From Octopus sinensis (lineage: Eukaryota), in contig NC_042998.1 of the NCBI RefSeq assembly GCF_006345805.1, forward strand, positions 92,876,001 to 92,940,000: 64,000 bases of DNA, written 5' to 3'. Positions 13,975-27,165 of the stretch are shown here, piece after piece; position 1 is the first letter of the stretch, and each line of letters begins with the position of its first letter. A program made the position numbers and the translations under genes. The notes beneath the pieces were generated by a model. It saw only the letters and a list, made by a program, of their open reading frames with translations, was not told the origin of the DNA and did no database searches.

Positions 13975-14215
13975 GAATACCTATTTCTTTACTACCCACA
14001 AGGGGCTAAACACAGAGAGGACAAACAAAGAGAGACAAACGGATTAAGTCAATTATATCGACCCCAGTGTGTACCTGGTACTTATTTAATCGATCCCGAA
14101 AGGATGAAAGGCAAAGTCGACCTTGGTGGAATTTAAACTCAGAACATTACGGCAGATGAAATATCATTAAGCATTTCGTCCAGCGTGTTAACGATTCTGC
14201 CAGCTCGCCACCTAT
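13975..14215 (-). mobile_element. well-preserved tRNA-derived SINE
   Basis: Reverse complement starts ggcgagctggcagaatcgttaac...; contains gtcgactttgcctttcatcctttcgggatcgattaaataagtacc. Confidence 0.88.
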
Positions 14216-14454
14216 GATAAAATGAATACCATACTGGGATAACTGAGGTGGGGGGAGCAAACATGATTGACTAAAACTTTTAAGGGTTGTGCTCCAACAT
14301 GTAGTTCAGTAACTGAAAAGGTGGAACGACAAAGATAATGATAAAATTATATAATTAAATATGAAAATTCATTCAGATACATCATTTAGCTCTACACCCT
14401 CTTCCTATCCACTGAAAATTAGGAGCTAAAACATTGTCAATCTTGTACATTTTA

Positions 14455-14820
14455 TCTTTTAGCTTTTACTTGCTTCAGTCATTGGACTGCAGCCTTGAAG
14501 GGTTTTATCAAACAAATCGTCTCAGTACTTATTTAAGTGTACCACTTACTCTACCAGTTCTTTTGCTTAATCACTAAATTACATGGATGTAAACAAACCA
14601 ACATCAGTTGTCAAGCAGTGGGAGGGTGGGGTATTTAAAACATGCACACACACACACACACACACGCATGCACACACACATATACGATGAGCGTCAACAC
14701 ACCTTCCATCTACCAAATTCATTCAACAAGCATTGGTCCTCCTGGGGCTATAGTAAAATACACTTGTCCAAGGTGCTGTTGAGTGGGACTGAACCTGAAC
14801 AAGCTTCTTAACCACACACA
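14455..14820 (-). mobile_element. bipartite CORE SINE
   Basis: Reverse-complement homolog of 21590-22015 with internal (CA)n. Confidence 0.75.
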
Positions 14821-17465
14821 CATTTCTAATGTCTTTCAAATGTTCTAGAATACCCTCTCTTGTTATCTCATATATCTTTTACCTCTTTATTTTCTTGCTT
14901 TAGTTCTTCAGCAATCCATAGTAAGCCTCTTTAGGTAAACTTGACATTTATCATTCCTTCTGTTCTCCTGATATACTCCCATGCTACTTCTTATTTACTA
15001 TGTCCTTCATGGTGAAAAGAAGTTACAATAGAAATGAAATATATCTAAACCATTCAACATACCATGTCCATCAATAAATTCCATGAAGGATTATTGTAAC
15101 AATACTTGTGTTTCTAGTGTTTGCCAACTGAAAACGAAGTACAACAATACTGAATGCTATTATTCATATTGTAATGCATAGAAACACGGATATATCATAA
15201 TATTTAACACATACACACATACAGACATGCAGAATCACTGATAGACACTCTGTCATATGTACAGTATGGCCATATATCACATGCAAGTGTGTATTGTTTG
15301 GTAGCCTTGATTACTTTTGGCTCAGCAGAACATTCAGGATGCAACAGCTGGAGGGAGAAGGGAATGGGGCTGCACCAGCATATGACTGGTATTTATTTAC
15401 AGCTGAGTAGACTGGGCAATGTAAAATGAAGAGTCTTGCCCAAGGGCACAATATGCTGCACAGTCCAGGAACTGAACTCACAATCATATGATTATAAACT
15501 GATCACCATAACTACAAGGCCACACTCCTTCAGACACACAGTTTATACTGTATTGTGTAACACATATTCTTAGACACAGATACACAAGTACATTGTAGCA
15601 CGTAAACACACAGACATACCATAACACATAGACATAGTCATATCATAATACATATACATATGTAGACAAGTGCACAGACACACAAAGATTTACAAACACA
15701 AGCATATAGACATATACATACAAACACACATACACGAATCTATTACATATGCAATGCATCCAAGCTAACCAAAATTAAATATAATCACCATAATTTAAGG
15801 AGACTAGCAGTTGTCTGCACTGGCAATAAATATTTCACTTAGATGCAAACAATTGACTATGTGATTGTACCACAAGAAGAACTAAGTATTTAGGTATGAA
15901 CTTTTATTAAGCAATGATAAAGCATGATATTTATGGCCTGTTTCAAATTCCACAGCTCATGTAATCAAAAACTCCAAACATTCATAAACACCTTAAGCTA
16001 TCAGTAACACATAAAACATTTCCTACAAAATTTGTCCAAAACACACACTCTCTCTCTTTTCAGACTTGGATTAACACAAAATACAGGTACACACAAAAAT
16101 AGTCAACTGCATCCAATTGTCTAAACTAGATTAATACATTCCACAAAATTTATTTATATTCACGTGTGAAGTTTCAATATCAGTACTGTAAACCACCAAA
16201 CTACTCATTAATTTCCTGTTAGCTGTTAGCTCGGTGCTTTGATACTGAAGCATTCTTTTGCTTTTCTCTTCTGCTCTGTATTTAGATTCATGCAGGTCAG
16301 AAGGTGTCAGGGAAAGCAAATGAATTTACTACTCTTTGGCTAAGAAACTAAACTTTCAACTACTCAGTGATTGTAATTTCTCTAATAAATTCTGAAGAAT
16401 CCTGGTTATTCTATAGCAAATGAATATTTAATCTCACCTGCCTCCACTGTAGTTATTATCAAACATTGAGATATAAGAAGAGGAATGAAGTCAAAATGAT
16501 TTCATCAAACCATAATTGTAACATTGTACCTCTTTCAACCAAATATAACATGACAGAAAGTGTAGCATAGCATAAAACCAGGTTGGCTATTAGTCATTTC
16601 TGATCTATTATATATTATCATGTCTATCTACTTGCAGCAGCAGCAGTAGTCATAGCCATACAACAAGAACAACAACAGCAGCAGCACCAGTGAATAAATG
16701 GTATCTATCTCTGTTTTTCCTGGCTGGCTAACTAACTTAATCATCCGACTGATAATCTAACAAAATGTATTTAAAATGTCTGTGTAATGTCATAAGAAAA
16801 CACAAAATGTCAGCTCTTATTATGTCTTTGATATTGTTGTCACATAATAAAAATGACAAAAGTAATTAGAGGGAAAATTAAGATGATTATTACTGACATT
16901 TTATGATGTGAAAGGTACAGTCTATTTATGGCACAGTCTATTTATGTCAACTCGTATACCTTAACATTAAGGACCTTTAACATGATTATATCAGCCTCGA
17001 CTTAGGAAAATTTTGTTATGTTCATGTTAATAAAAGCAATTAAATTATATATTCCTATAAGTATAATATTCCTTTAGGAAAAATTTGATTATGACAAAAG
17101 AGAGGAAATATATTTCAAAGAATGTAATTAACATATATCTTCAGCTTAAAGATACTAAACAACAATTTTATTCATTTATTATTTTTTTTATTAAAAACCT
17201 AAGCAATGAAATCTCGGTCATTTTACTTTTGACCTTTTACCTATTTCAGTCATTAGACTGCAGCCAAGCTGACATATCATCCTAAAGGGTCTAGTTGACT
17301 GAATCAAGCCCAGGACTTAAAATTTTGTTAAGCCTGGTAGATATTCTGTTGGTCTCCTTTGCCAAACAGCTAAGTTATGTGGATGTAAACACACACACAC
17401 ACTGGTTGGTTATCAAGCAGTGGTGGAGAATAAACAGGGACACAAAGACACACAGAGATACACAT

Positions 17466-17508
<43 letters not shown>

Positions 17509-17516
<8 letters not shown>

Positions 17517-17788
17517 AGATACAAAAAAAATCCAAGGCAGTGAATAGTTTTCAGAATATTTATAAAGAGGTCTTACAGCTGTTTCCAGGATATTTTATAT
17601 ATCCCTTCATTAGAGACCGTGTGAGAAAAAGTTTAAGTAATAGTTATTATTGAGAAGATATGAAATACAGAGTAAAGTGGAGGAATGATGAAGGGATATA
17701 TAAAATATTCTGGAAACAGCTGTAACACCTTCTCTTTATAAATGTTCTGAAATCTTTCACAGTCTTGGATTTTTTCATCTCATTCTGT
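17509..17788. mobile_element. fold-back MITE with about 100-bp terminal inverted repeats
   Basis: 17509-17610 (agaatgagat...ccaagg...tacagctgtttccagga...atatcccttcat) is the reverse complement of 17688-17788; flanked by (TA)n on the left and TA on the right. Confidence 0.85.
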
Positions 17789-17944
17789 TAATTTTTATAG
17801 ATATGCTTGTTAATACACGATCTGTGTTGGACTCCTCATTCATATCATTATCGTATCTAGAGCTTAACTATACTCTGTCCATAGCACTTATTCAGAATTA
17901 TCTGACACCTTTGGGTCTTCTTGACACCAATACCTCTCATACCC

Positions 17945-17994
<50 letters not shown>

Positions 17995-18419
17995 GTATTG
18001 AGGTTTAGTTCACAGATGATCTAAATGATTAGGTATGCTAGGTAAGTGCTGTAACAGATTACTGGGGCTCCAAGGTTATAGCCCAGAGGGTAGTTATGGA
18101 GCTGTTGCAGATTTCCAATGCAGTGGATATATAATTGTTAAACAGGACAGAAAACATTAAGGTAAGACAAACATCTCAAGTTGTATACAATATTATTATA
18201 GGAAGAAATTAAAAATCTTACAGCTGTTTCTGGGATATCCCTGAGTATGGAATATTCTGTCATCAGAGACAAATTGGGAAAAAAATAGGGAAAATGGGGC
18301 TGTAACAGAAGACACTTGCCCAAGGTGCAGTGGGATTGAACCCAAAACCATGTGGTTAGAAAGCAAGTTTCTTATCATACAGCCATGCCTTTTTATGTGT
18401 TATATTAAATAAAATTTCT

Positions 18420-18578
18420 GATAGATAGTTTGTATGTTAAGAAGTTTGCATCCATACATGGTTGTGGGATGAGTCCCACTCATGAAACCTTGCTCAAGTG
18501 TCTTCAACCAATAGCCTACTGAGTGGATTTGGTTAATAGAAACTTAAAGAAGCTCATCAGTATACATGTGTATGTGTA

Positions 18579-18642
<64 letters not shown>

Positions 18643-18980
18643 TAAATATATATATATATACACATACATACATATATAATGGAAAACTAGATATATATAT
18701 GTGTGCGTGTGTGTGTATTTGTGTGTGTGTATGTGTGTGTGTGTGCGTACGTGTGTGTGTGTGTGTGCCTTTGTGTTTGTATTTGTCCCCACCACAAATT
18801 GACAACTGGTGTTGGTTTGTTTTGGTCCCAGTAACTTAGTAGTTCAGCAAAAGAGAACAATAGAATCAGTACCAAACTTTGAAAACAATAAGTACTGGGG
18901 CCAATTTGTTTGGTTAAAACCCATCAAGGTGGTGGCCAAGCATGGCTGCAGTCCAATGAATGAAATCTTAAAGACAGGTT
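18420..18980 (+). mobile_element. bipartite CORE SINE with expanded internal (TA)/(TG) tract
   Basis: Head at 18420-18560 and second half at 18770-18980 are homologous to 21590-22015. Confidence 0.75.
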
Positions 18981-19230
18981 GAAACTCGATTAGGATGCTC
19001 TACATAACAAGAGAAATTCCAGTGTTACACTGTATACAGCCTTAACTAGGGAAGAATACTAGAGAATATTGAAGTCTTAATAACATTCTAAAGAAGTGTC
19101 CCACACCATAGCAATATATTCAGACACATCTTATCTCTCTCTCTCTCTCTCCTCTTCTTCTCTCTCTATCTCTGTCTGTCTGCCTGTCTATCTGTCTGCC
19201 TATCTGTCTGCTTCTTTGTCTATCTATCTG

Positions 19231-19315
<85 letters not shown>

Positions 19316-20559
19316 TATGTAAACCACCAATAATACAAACAATAATGCCTCAATTTATTCTTAATACATTCTGACGGATTTGATTGTGACTATTTGATTG
19401 ATGTTGTCTTTCATCACCAGAGAACTCTTATTTCCATTTAAAGTATCAAAACTGAAATAAGAACATTCATAGAATTAATTGGTTATGATGAGGATGATTT
19501 GTTCTAGCTAATCCCAGCAAGATTTGAACACAAAGCTTAGAAACTTGAAAGAGAATACCATAAAGCACTTTTATCAGTTCTTCCACCACTGCCATGTTCC
19601 TTTTATAAAGAAAATGACTAATAAACCTTTCAAAAATATAATTATATTATTTCAAGGATCTGTTGCTGGAAAGCTATCTTCCTAAATCTTTTGCTTAATT
19701 ATTTAGCATATAAACCAGCCATATCCACCCAAAACATTCTACTTGCTTTATGTTTGTTCAAACTGGTCAGATCTGGCCTCACACACCTATAGAATGTCAT
19801 TTTAAACATGAACAACCACATTATTGAAATCTCAAAGCTACAAGATAATGCAAGATAAATTCAAACCAGCGTGAATAAATAAGCATTACATTTGACAGAA
19901 TAATCTGAACGCTAAAGGGTTAAAGGGTTATACTTGATATTTTCCATGTTTATGGACCATCTATCTGCCTATACATATGTGTTTCTACTGTTATGTTGTT
20001 TCTACTGTTATGTTGCTCTAGTCAGCTGAGATTCAAATGTTTTAAATATGAGGACAAGATTTTTTTTATTTTCACTTTATCAATGGAAGCAACACAAGGC
20101 ATTCAGTATCATTGTGAAAGATCAAGCAGTTAAGTGAGACGCTGGAATAGCCATGCACATTTAAAAGTCTTTCCTGGCACAGAAGTTAAGGCTGCGTGGT
20201 AAGAAGTTTGCTTCCCAAAAAATGTACCAATTCTATGTTTTGGTGGATAATTAACATTATTACTGGAGTAATCATGAAATTAAATTACACAGTAAAGGGT
20301 TAAGAAATATAGATATAAGGGAGTTATGAAGAATTTTGAACAAAAATTTGTGATGAAAAATTCTTCATTCTAAAAGATTTTTGCTTTTTAAGCCATTTGA
20401 AAGTTAGAATATTACAATGAAGGGAGGAATATCTGAATGAAAAAGTTCAAATTATTTTTTGGAGAATAGTAAATGTCTGACTTTTTGTCATAGAGAGATT
20501 ATTGGAAAGATTTGAGATGAGAAAGGGGACTTATTTCAAATGAAACAAAAATTACCAAT

Positions 20560-21560
20560 GAAAAAATAAAATTAAAATATTTTATTAATGGAACTGATGG
20601 TAAAATGTTTAAATTGGATGATGCTTAATGCTTTGGCGATGCCAAAAGATTATACAAATTATAAATTTTTTGATGTCATAGAAAAAGTGACACCACATTC
20701 TGAGGGGAAAAGAAATACTGTTGTTGGAATATAATTTTTAGAGTTGCTATCAAATGAATGGAATGAATATTGCTGATTCTGTGGCAGAATTAAAATGGAA
20801 ATTGATAGACTGCTGCGTCAACAATGCAGATTATATCATCATTAGAGATTGATTATGGGCACATGTATGAAATATGTGCAACAAGTAATTTTAAAGTCCC
20901 AATAGTAGAAAAAATATCGAAAATTGCTATGGTAGTTGAGAGAGTCACTGAAAGTTCTTCCCATTTTCTCAGGAGAAAGTCTGTAACTGGAAATTAAGGG
21001 TTGAGGCTATGCAGATAAAGAATTAAATATTGAGCAAGAAACAAAAGCAAAACTGCTATGAATGCAAAACCACAAATCATACAAGTGAAAATTGTTCAAG
21101 GAAGGCAATTGTTATCATAAAAAATTGTCATTTGGGGAAAAGATTGCAGATTCAGATTAAACCAAAATAACAGTGGATAGTATCAGAAAAGTGATGGGGG
21201 GAAATGCCTTGAAAAATAAGAGCTTTAAAAACAGTAAATATCCATTTCCAGGGAAATATTACATTAATAGTAACAAATACAGTTAAACATCCCTATTAAA
21301 AGTCACTGGGCAGTTATCTGAATTTGAGATTATGAAACAATTTCGTCCACTACTGAAACCAGGGGATCATCAAAAATAGACAAACCAGAATTTAAATGCA
21401 GCAAAATTCAAGTTTTTGATCACAGGCCCAAACCAATTTTAGTAAAAGAGGTTTTTGAAACTTCCCTTACATACAACCACCACCAAGCCCCACTCATATT
21501 TAGATTGTTCATCATAAAAGAAGTTCATTGATGGGTTGATGGTCAAGGACTGAACAGAAA
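20560..21560 (+). pseudogene. Ty3/gypsy LTR-retrotransposon gag(-pro-pol 5') relic
   Basis: EKVTPHSEGKRNTVV...NIADSVAELK...IIRD* resembles gypsy gag; intact CX2CX4HX4C knuckle CYECKTTNHTSENC at 21054-21095 and a frameshifted second knuckle (..HLGKDCR) just after. Confidence 0.7.
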
Positions 21561-21589
21561 TCAGCTACTACTCAGACAAAAAAGGCATA

Positions 21590-21753
21590 GGAGTGGCTGT
21601 GTGGTAAGTAGCTAGCTTACAAACCACATGGTTCCAGGTTCAGTCCCACTGCATGGCATCTTGGGCAAGTGTTTTCTTCTATAGCCTTGGGCCAACCAAA
21701 GCCTTGTGATTGGATTTGGTAGATGGAAACTGAAAGAAACCTGTTGTATATAT

Positions 21754-21789
<36 letters not shown>

Positions 21790-22015
21790 ATACGTTTGTG
21801 AGTCTGTGTTTGTCCCCCCCCCCCCAACATCACTCGACAGCTGATGCTGGTGTGTTTACATCTCCGTAACCTAGTGGTTCAGCAAAAGAGCCCAATAAAA
21901 TAAGTACTAGGCTTACAAAGAATAAGTCCTGGGGTCGATTTGCTCGACAAAAGGCGATGCTCCAGCATGGCCACAGTCAAATGACAGAAACAAGTAAAAG
22001 AGTGAAAGAGTAAAT
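21590..22015 (+). mobile_element. reference bipartite SINE: tRNA head + CORE + microsatellite + second conserved domain
   Basis: A-box-like tggctgtgtggtaag, B-box-like ggttcagtccc, CORE-like ggcatcttgggcaagtg (compare MIR tgtgaccttgggcaagt), then aataagtac...ggggtcgat domain and ...gaaacaagtaaaaga tail. Confidence 0.88.
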
Positions 22016-22449
22016 TGAATATAAAAGTGAAAATGAAACAACAAAGGAAAATTAATAATCAATTGCGAAACGTTTTGGAGAAAACTCTTCCAATAAACCA
22101 GGTTCAGGACTTTGTACAGAATTGAAGGATTGTTTACAACTGGATGTAGGAGCCCATCTTAAATCCTACACCAACTGTCAACTTGATAATTATAAAATAG
22201 CAATTTTGCTGTGACTGAAATGGATACTGAAAGTTCAGTTATCATTTTTTTTTTTTACTTGTTTCAGTCATTAGACTGCAGTCATGCTGGAGCACTGGAT
22301 TGGAGAATTTTAGTTGAATGAATCGACCCCAGTACATTTTTTAAAGCCTGATACTTATTCTATTGAAATCTTTTGCTGAACCACTAAGTTACAGGGATGT
22401 AAATACACCAGCACTGGTTCTCAAGCAGTGATGGGAGACAAATACTAAT

Positions 22450-22495
<46 letters not shown>

Positions 22496-24199
22496 TATAG
22501 GTATATATTTGTAACTATTAGCATTTAATTGAGGGGTTAAAATATAATTTATTGACTGAAAAACTCCTTTATTCAAAGAAATCAACATTTTTTATAGTTT
22601 TATATATTCTACATGTATCACTAAATATGAAATAAAACAAAATTATTTCATATATCGATTCATACCAGTACAAATTTGAAGAAAATTGACTTGTAGGTCA
22701 TCAGAATATCTGATAAAAGAACAGAAAAAAATTATTTCACAGAAGACCAATGGAGTCCAGTTGGACCCCAATTTTATGCTTTAACATCCATATGACTGGA
22801 AATTTTTAACTCAAAATTTGCATGTGCATACATAAACTATTGACAATAAAAGTCATGAGATATAAAATCATTTAAATAAAAACTGTAAAAGTTGCATACC
22901 TTTTAAAATTTACTGGGGTCCCAAGGAAACCCCCCCCCCCTCCACCAGCCAAAGATGGGTTAATAACAAAATTAGTTACTGAAAATTTTTCGATAAAGAT
23001 GAACTTTACTTCATGTATTGAGTCCTCTTTTTTTCACACACAGACATCTTCAACCTTGTCCTCTGAAGAGCCATTCAAAGGATTAGTATTTACTACTCCA
23101 GGCGTTGGTTCAAAGATGTGCTTACATTGTCTTTTCTAATACTTCTATGATATCTTCTGTTGATTAAAGATAACTGGTCTTGTAACTCCTTCATTCAGGC
23201 ACTTCCAATTCATCTGTTTTTTCTAAATTTGCCTACCTCACCTTGTTGTGTCAACAACACTCCCCACATTCTGCACTAATCACCATTCCCAATCCTTCTT
23301 CTCCAAATCATAAACCTTCTGAAATCTCCTCCTTGTTTATGCTTTTCCTGCAAGTGTTGACTAAGAACAGTTTAAATGGAACATTAATGGAATCAATCTC
23401 ACCAATTTCAGGAGATCTCTAAAGGTCGCGGGCATTGCCCTTTCTCCAGACTTGGCAAGTAAAAAGAAAAATACCTTGTTTTCTCTTGATTTAATTCAAT
23501 TATTGAAATGGACAAATTGATTGTCATTGTTAATACTTTGAATGGTTTGTGGTATTAATAACAGTATATCCATCTAAATGAAATATGACATTAGAAATTC
23601 CATTTCACTCAGTTAGTCATTATTGATTGAATATAAAATGGCACATCATTAACTGTACGGAAGCTGGTAGTGTGTTGCAATTTTTAAAATCTTTGTGTTT
23701 TCATAAGCTATCTCTTAAATCTTCATATCAGAAAGACTTTTCACTTGTATGATTGGTTACTTGTGATATTATAACTGATCAGTAAATTATAAAAGGAACA
23801 TGATCTACTTGAATGTTATCAAACTGTGCAAATAAAATATCATGAAGCTAGAAATGTGCATTAGAAGGTACATAGACAAACTGTATTAAAATTGTATTTA
23901 ATAAACAATCCGCAAATATATTAAAATGAATACCTTTACTAGCTTCAATTAATTGAATTGTGTAACAGTTAGTATCTTGCTGTGCTAATATGGTAAAATC
24001 TTCAAAGGTTAGTTTATATTTAACTTATTTTAAATCTATAAAATCCACTTCACTTATATATTTTTTTTTTCTTTTTCACAAATCTTTGAAATGAGCAATA
24101 TTTTATTTCTGGGATATGTTTGTGAAATTCATGCAATATTCCAATATTGTACAACAATGAGAATGAAACCAATAATTATAGGATATATATTCAGAAATT

Positions 24200-24555
24200 A
24201 TGGAGGTATGTGGTTTAGTGTTTAGTGTGTTGGATTCGTGATTGTAAGATTGTAGTTTCAATTTCTGGACCGGGCAATGCATTGTGTTCTTGAGCAAAAC
24301 ATTTCATTTCACATTGCTCCAGTCCACTTAGCTGGCAAAACGAGTAATCCTGCAATGGATCAGCTTCCCATCCAAGTGGGGAATGCCACTAAAACCAGAC
24401 AAACCAGCCCTTATGAGCCTGGCATGTCTCAAGAAGGAAACACTTATTTTTGCGACAGGCTGGCATCCCCTCCAGGTGGGGAATATACATATATGCCATT
24501 GAAACTGGGAAACCAGCCCTCATGAGCCTGGCATGGTTTGAGAAGGAAACATTTA
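24200..24555 (+). mobile_element. CORE-type SINE with duplicated 3' tail
   Basis: Tail aaaccagccc(t/c)tatgagcctggcatg...agaaggaaaca occurs at about 24395-24443 and 24508-24552. Confidence 0.6.
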
Positions 24556-24687
24556 TTTATTATTTTATCTATATACAGAAATTATACGACTGAAAATGAA
24601 TCCTCAATTGCATAGACCAGATTTTTAATCAGCTGGGCAGCTATTCACAACATCAATGAATATTTTATTCACTTTTTCCTATATCAG

Positions 24688-24722
24688 AGACAATGAATTT
24701 TCATCTGAGCATGTGGCTGGCT
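24688..24722 (+). CDS. candidate 35-nt host exon
   Basis: ttcactttttcctatatcag|AGACA...GGCT|gtgagt: strong acceptor and consensus donor; open reads TMNFHLSMWLA or DNEFSSEHVAG. Confidence 0.3.
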
Positions 24723-24809
24723 GTGAGTACACACCATTTAAAAGGCCCCCCAAAAAGATCGAAATGCATTTGGTAATCTTGCTGTTCACTGCTGGAAGGA
24801 ATTTTCATA

Positions 24810-24840
<31 letters not shown>

Positions 24841-25164
24841 GATGTCAATTGTGTTTTTAGTACAGCAAGTCCATAAGAGATGTTATTGCAGGACAAATAT
24901 TGCAGTAACTGGCCTATCAATTGTGTATATATTAAATATGGCATAGATAGCTATTTTATAAAAATTCTTGTTGGGGCATGCATCTTCATCCATATACTTC
25001 TTTCCCATAAACTTCTATAAACTTCAGAATTATTAAACAGGCTGTTTGGGCTAAATTTGACAGTTTGCTTAAAAGCAAAACAAAACAAACATAATACACC
25101 ATGAAAAATTTAAAGTTTTTTGTTAATTCAAAAAAATATCGACTGGGTTATGACAGGGAGATAA

Positions 25165-25815
25165 TGGTTTACTCAAAGTAGCTGCCTTCAACTTACACCA
25201 CAGCTTTACACCAGCTCTAGAATCTGATGCACATTTTCCTCACTGTGTCCTAGGGAAGATCTTCAAAAACCTCTTTGATCTTGGTCAGCAGCTTGGCTTT
25301 GGTCTTGCAGGTAGAGTGGTTGGTGTCTTTGTCAACCATGCCCCACACATAGTAATCCATGAGATTAAAATTGGGGGAAATTGGGGGGCAGAAACTGGGG
25401 CTGGTGAAGTCATAGAAATTCTCCCATAATCACCTCTGATTCTTTTTGGAGGTATGGCAAGGAGCCAAATCCTACTGTCACATATATGAGTTTCCAGAAG
25501 TAACCTTCTTTGGCCAGAGTTGCACCACAGTCTCCAGCAGCTTCCCATAGCTGTCTGAATTCAGCTTAAGGTCCTGTTCAAAGATGTGGAGATGAATTCT
25601 GGCCTGTGGATGCTGTCAGAATGCCTGCTGTGTCCCTTCCTGATGTCCATGGCTTTGTAGTCTGTATTACAGCTGTCCATGTCACATCTTAAAACCTTTA
25701 CAGTATTCACAGAGCATTGAGTAGCAAACCTGATCTCAGCATTTTGATACCCAGTGTGAACCATCACAATATTGGTAACTTTTTTCCAACATTCAGATGA
25801 CTTCCAGTCCTCCAT
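25165..25815 (-). pseudogene. internally deleted Tc1/mariner transposase, DD37D (maT)
   Basis: MEDWKSSECWK...RPEFI then a jump to PHIFEQDLKLNSDSY...Q*DLAPCHTSKK...SPNFNLMDYYVWG; 37 residues between the last two catalytic Asp; several stops. Confidence 0.88.
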
Positions 25816-26574
25816 ATCAGCTAACTTTTTCTCAACTACATCTTTTATCTTTATGCTCTTCAGTGCTGTTAACTGTTCATCAGTACATGAAACTGTTCCT
25901 ATAAAAAAATAAAAAGGAGACATAAAAAAAAAAATCATAAAATTTATCCCAAAAACAGTGCTCTCACTTTTTGAATGGGTTGTCAGTTTGTATTACTTCT
26001 GCTTTCAATTTAATTACAACTTTCCATTTTTCAATAAGGCTACCTTAGTAACTAGACAATGGTGTTGGGAAATGAAAGCAGTAATTTATCATAATAACCT
26101 TTTCTGTAATAATAATAACTTATTTTTAATCATTTACTTATTTGTTCCAGTCATTCAAAGTAGCCAAGCTATTTTTGTACTTTCTCCATTATTGTTGGTT
26201 GCATTTCATTTCATTTATATGTCCCAGAATTAAAAGATTGCTCTGAAATATATATCTTAAGATTCTGTTTGATTTGATGCAAAACTAAAATTGATATGAA
26301 TTTTCCATGTAAAAGTTGTATTGTCTGCTATTATTACCAAAATTAGTTTTGTGGTTTCAACAAGATTAAGATAATGTATTTTGAGAGTTAGATCCAAGCA
26401 TTAAAGAGAGTTGTTTGAAAGCAGGACTGATGTTGTGTGCAAAAAGTAATGTGCAGATGTGCATCTGCATTGCTAATCACAGGAAAGGAGTATAAGTAAA
26501 TTAATTGTTCTGATTCTTGCATATAATCTTAGTTGAAAAGCAAATAAATAAAGTAACTTATTGTATTTTTTTGT

Positions 26575-27165
26575 GTGTGTTTTTTACTTGTTCAGTCATT
26601 AGACAGCAGTCATTCTGGAGTGCCCCTTGAAATGTTTAGTTGAACAAACTGGCTCTAGTACTCTTTCTTTTCTAAGCTTGGTGCTTATTTTATTGGTCAA
26701 TTTTGCCAAACTGTTAAGTTACAGGGACATAAATAAACTAACACTGATTGTCAAGTGGTGGTGGAAGGACAAACACAACGGCACACACACACACACACAC
26801 ACACAACAAGCTTCTTTCAGTTTCCATCTACCAAATCCACTCACGGCTTTGGTCAGCCTGAGGCTATAGTAGAAGATACACACCCAAGGTACCACACAAG
26901 GGGACTGAACCCAGAACCACATGGTTGGGAAGCAAACTTCTTACCACACAGCCACATCTGCACCTATCATCATCATCATCGTCATTTAACGTCCGCTTTC
27001 CATGCTAGCATGGGTTGGACGATTTGACTGAGGGCTGGCAGATCAGATGGCTGCACCAGGTTTCAATCTTGATCTAGCAGAGTTTCTACAGCTGGATGCC
27101 CTTCCTAGCGCCAACCACTCCGAGAGTGTAGTGGGTGCTTTTACTCTCGGAGTGGTTGGCGTTAC
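26575..27165 (-). mobile_element. bipartite CORE SINE (26575-26960) abutting an RTE-X 3' end (26965-27165)
   Basis: Reverse-complement homology to 21590-22015 and 63090-63270. Confidence 0.82.

Noticed and set aside
21590-21660. tRNA gene
   Set aside because: A/B-box-like heads continue into CORE/SINE bodies and do not form a cloverleaf; they are SINE heads.
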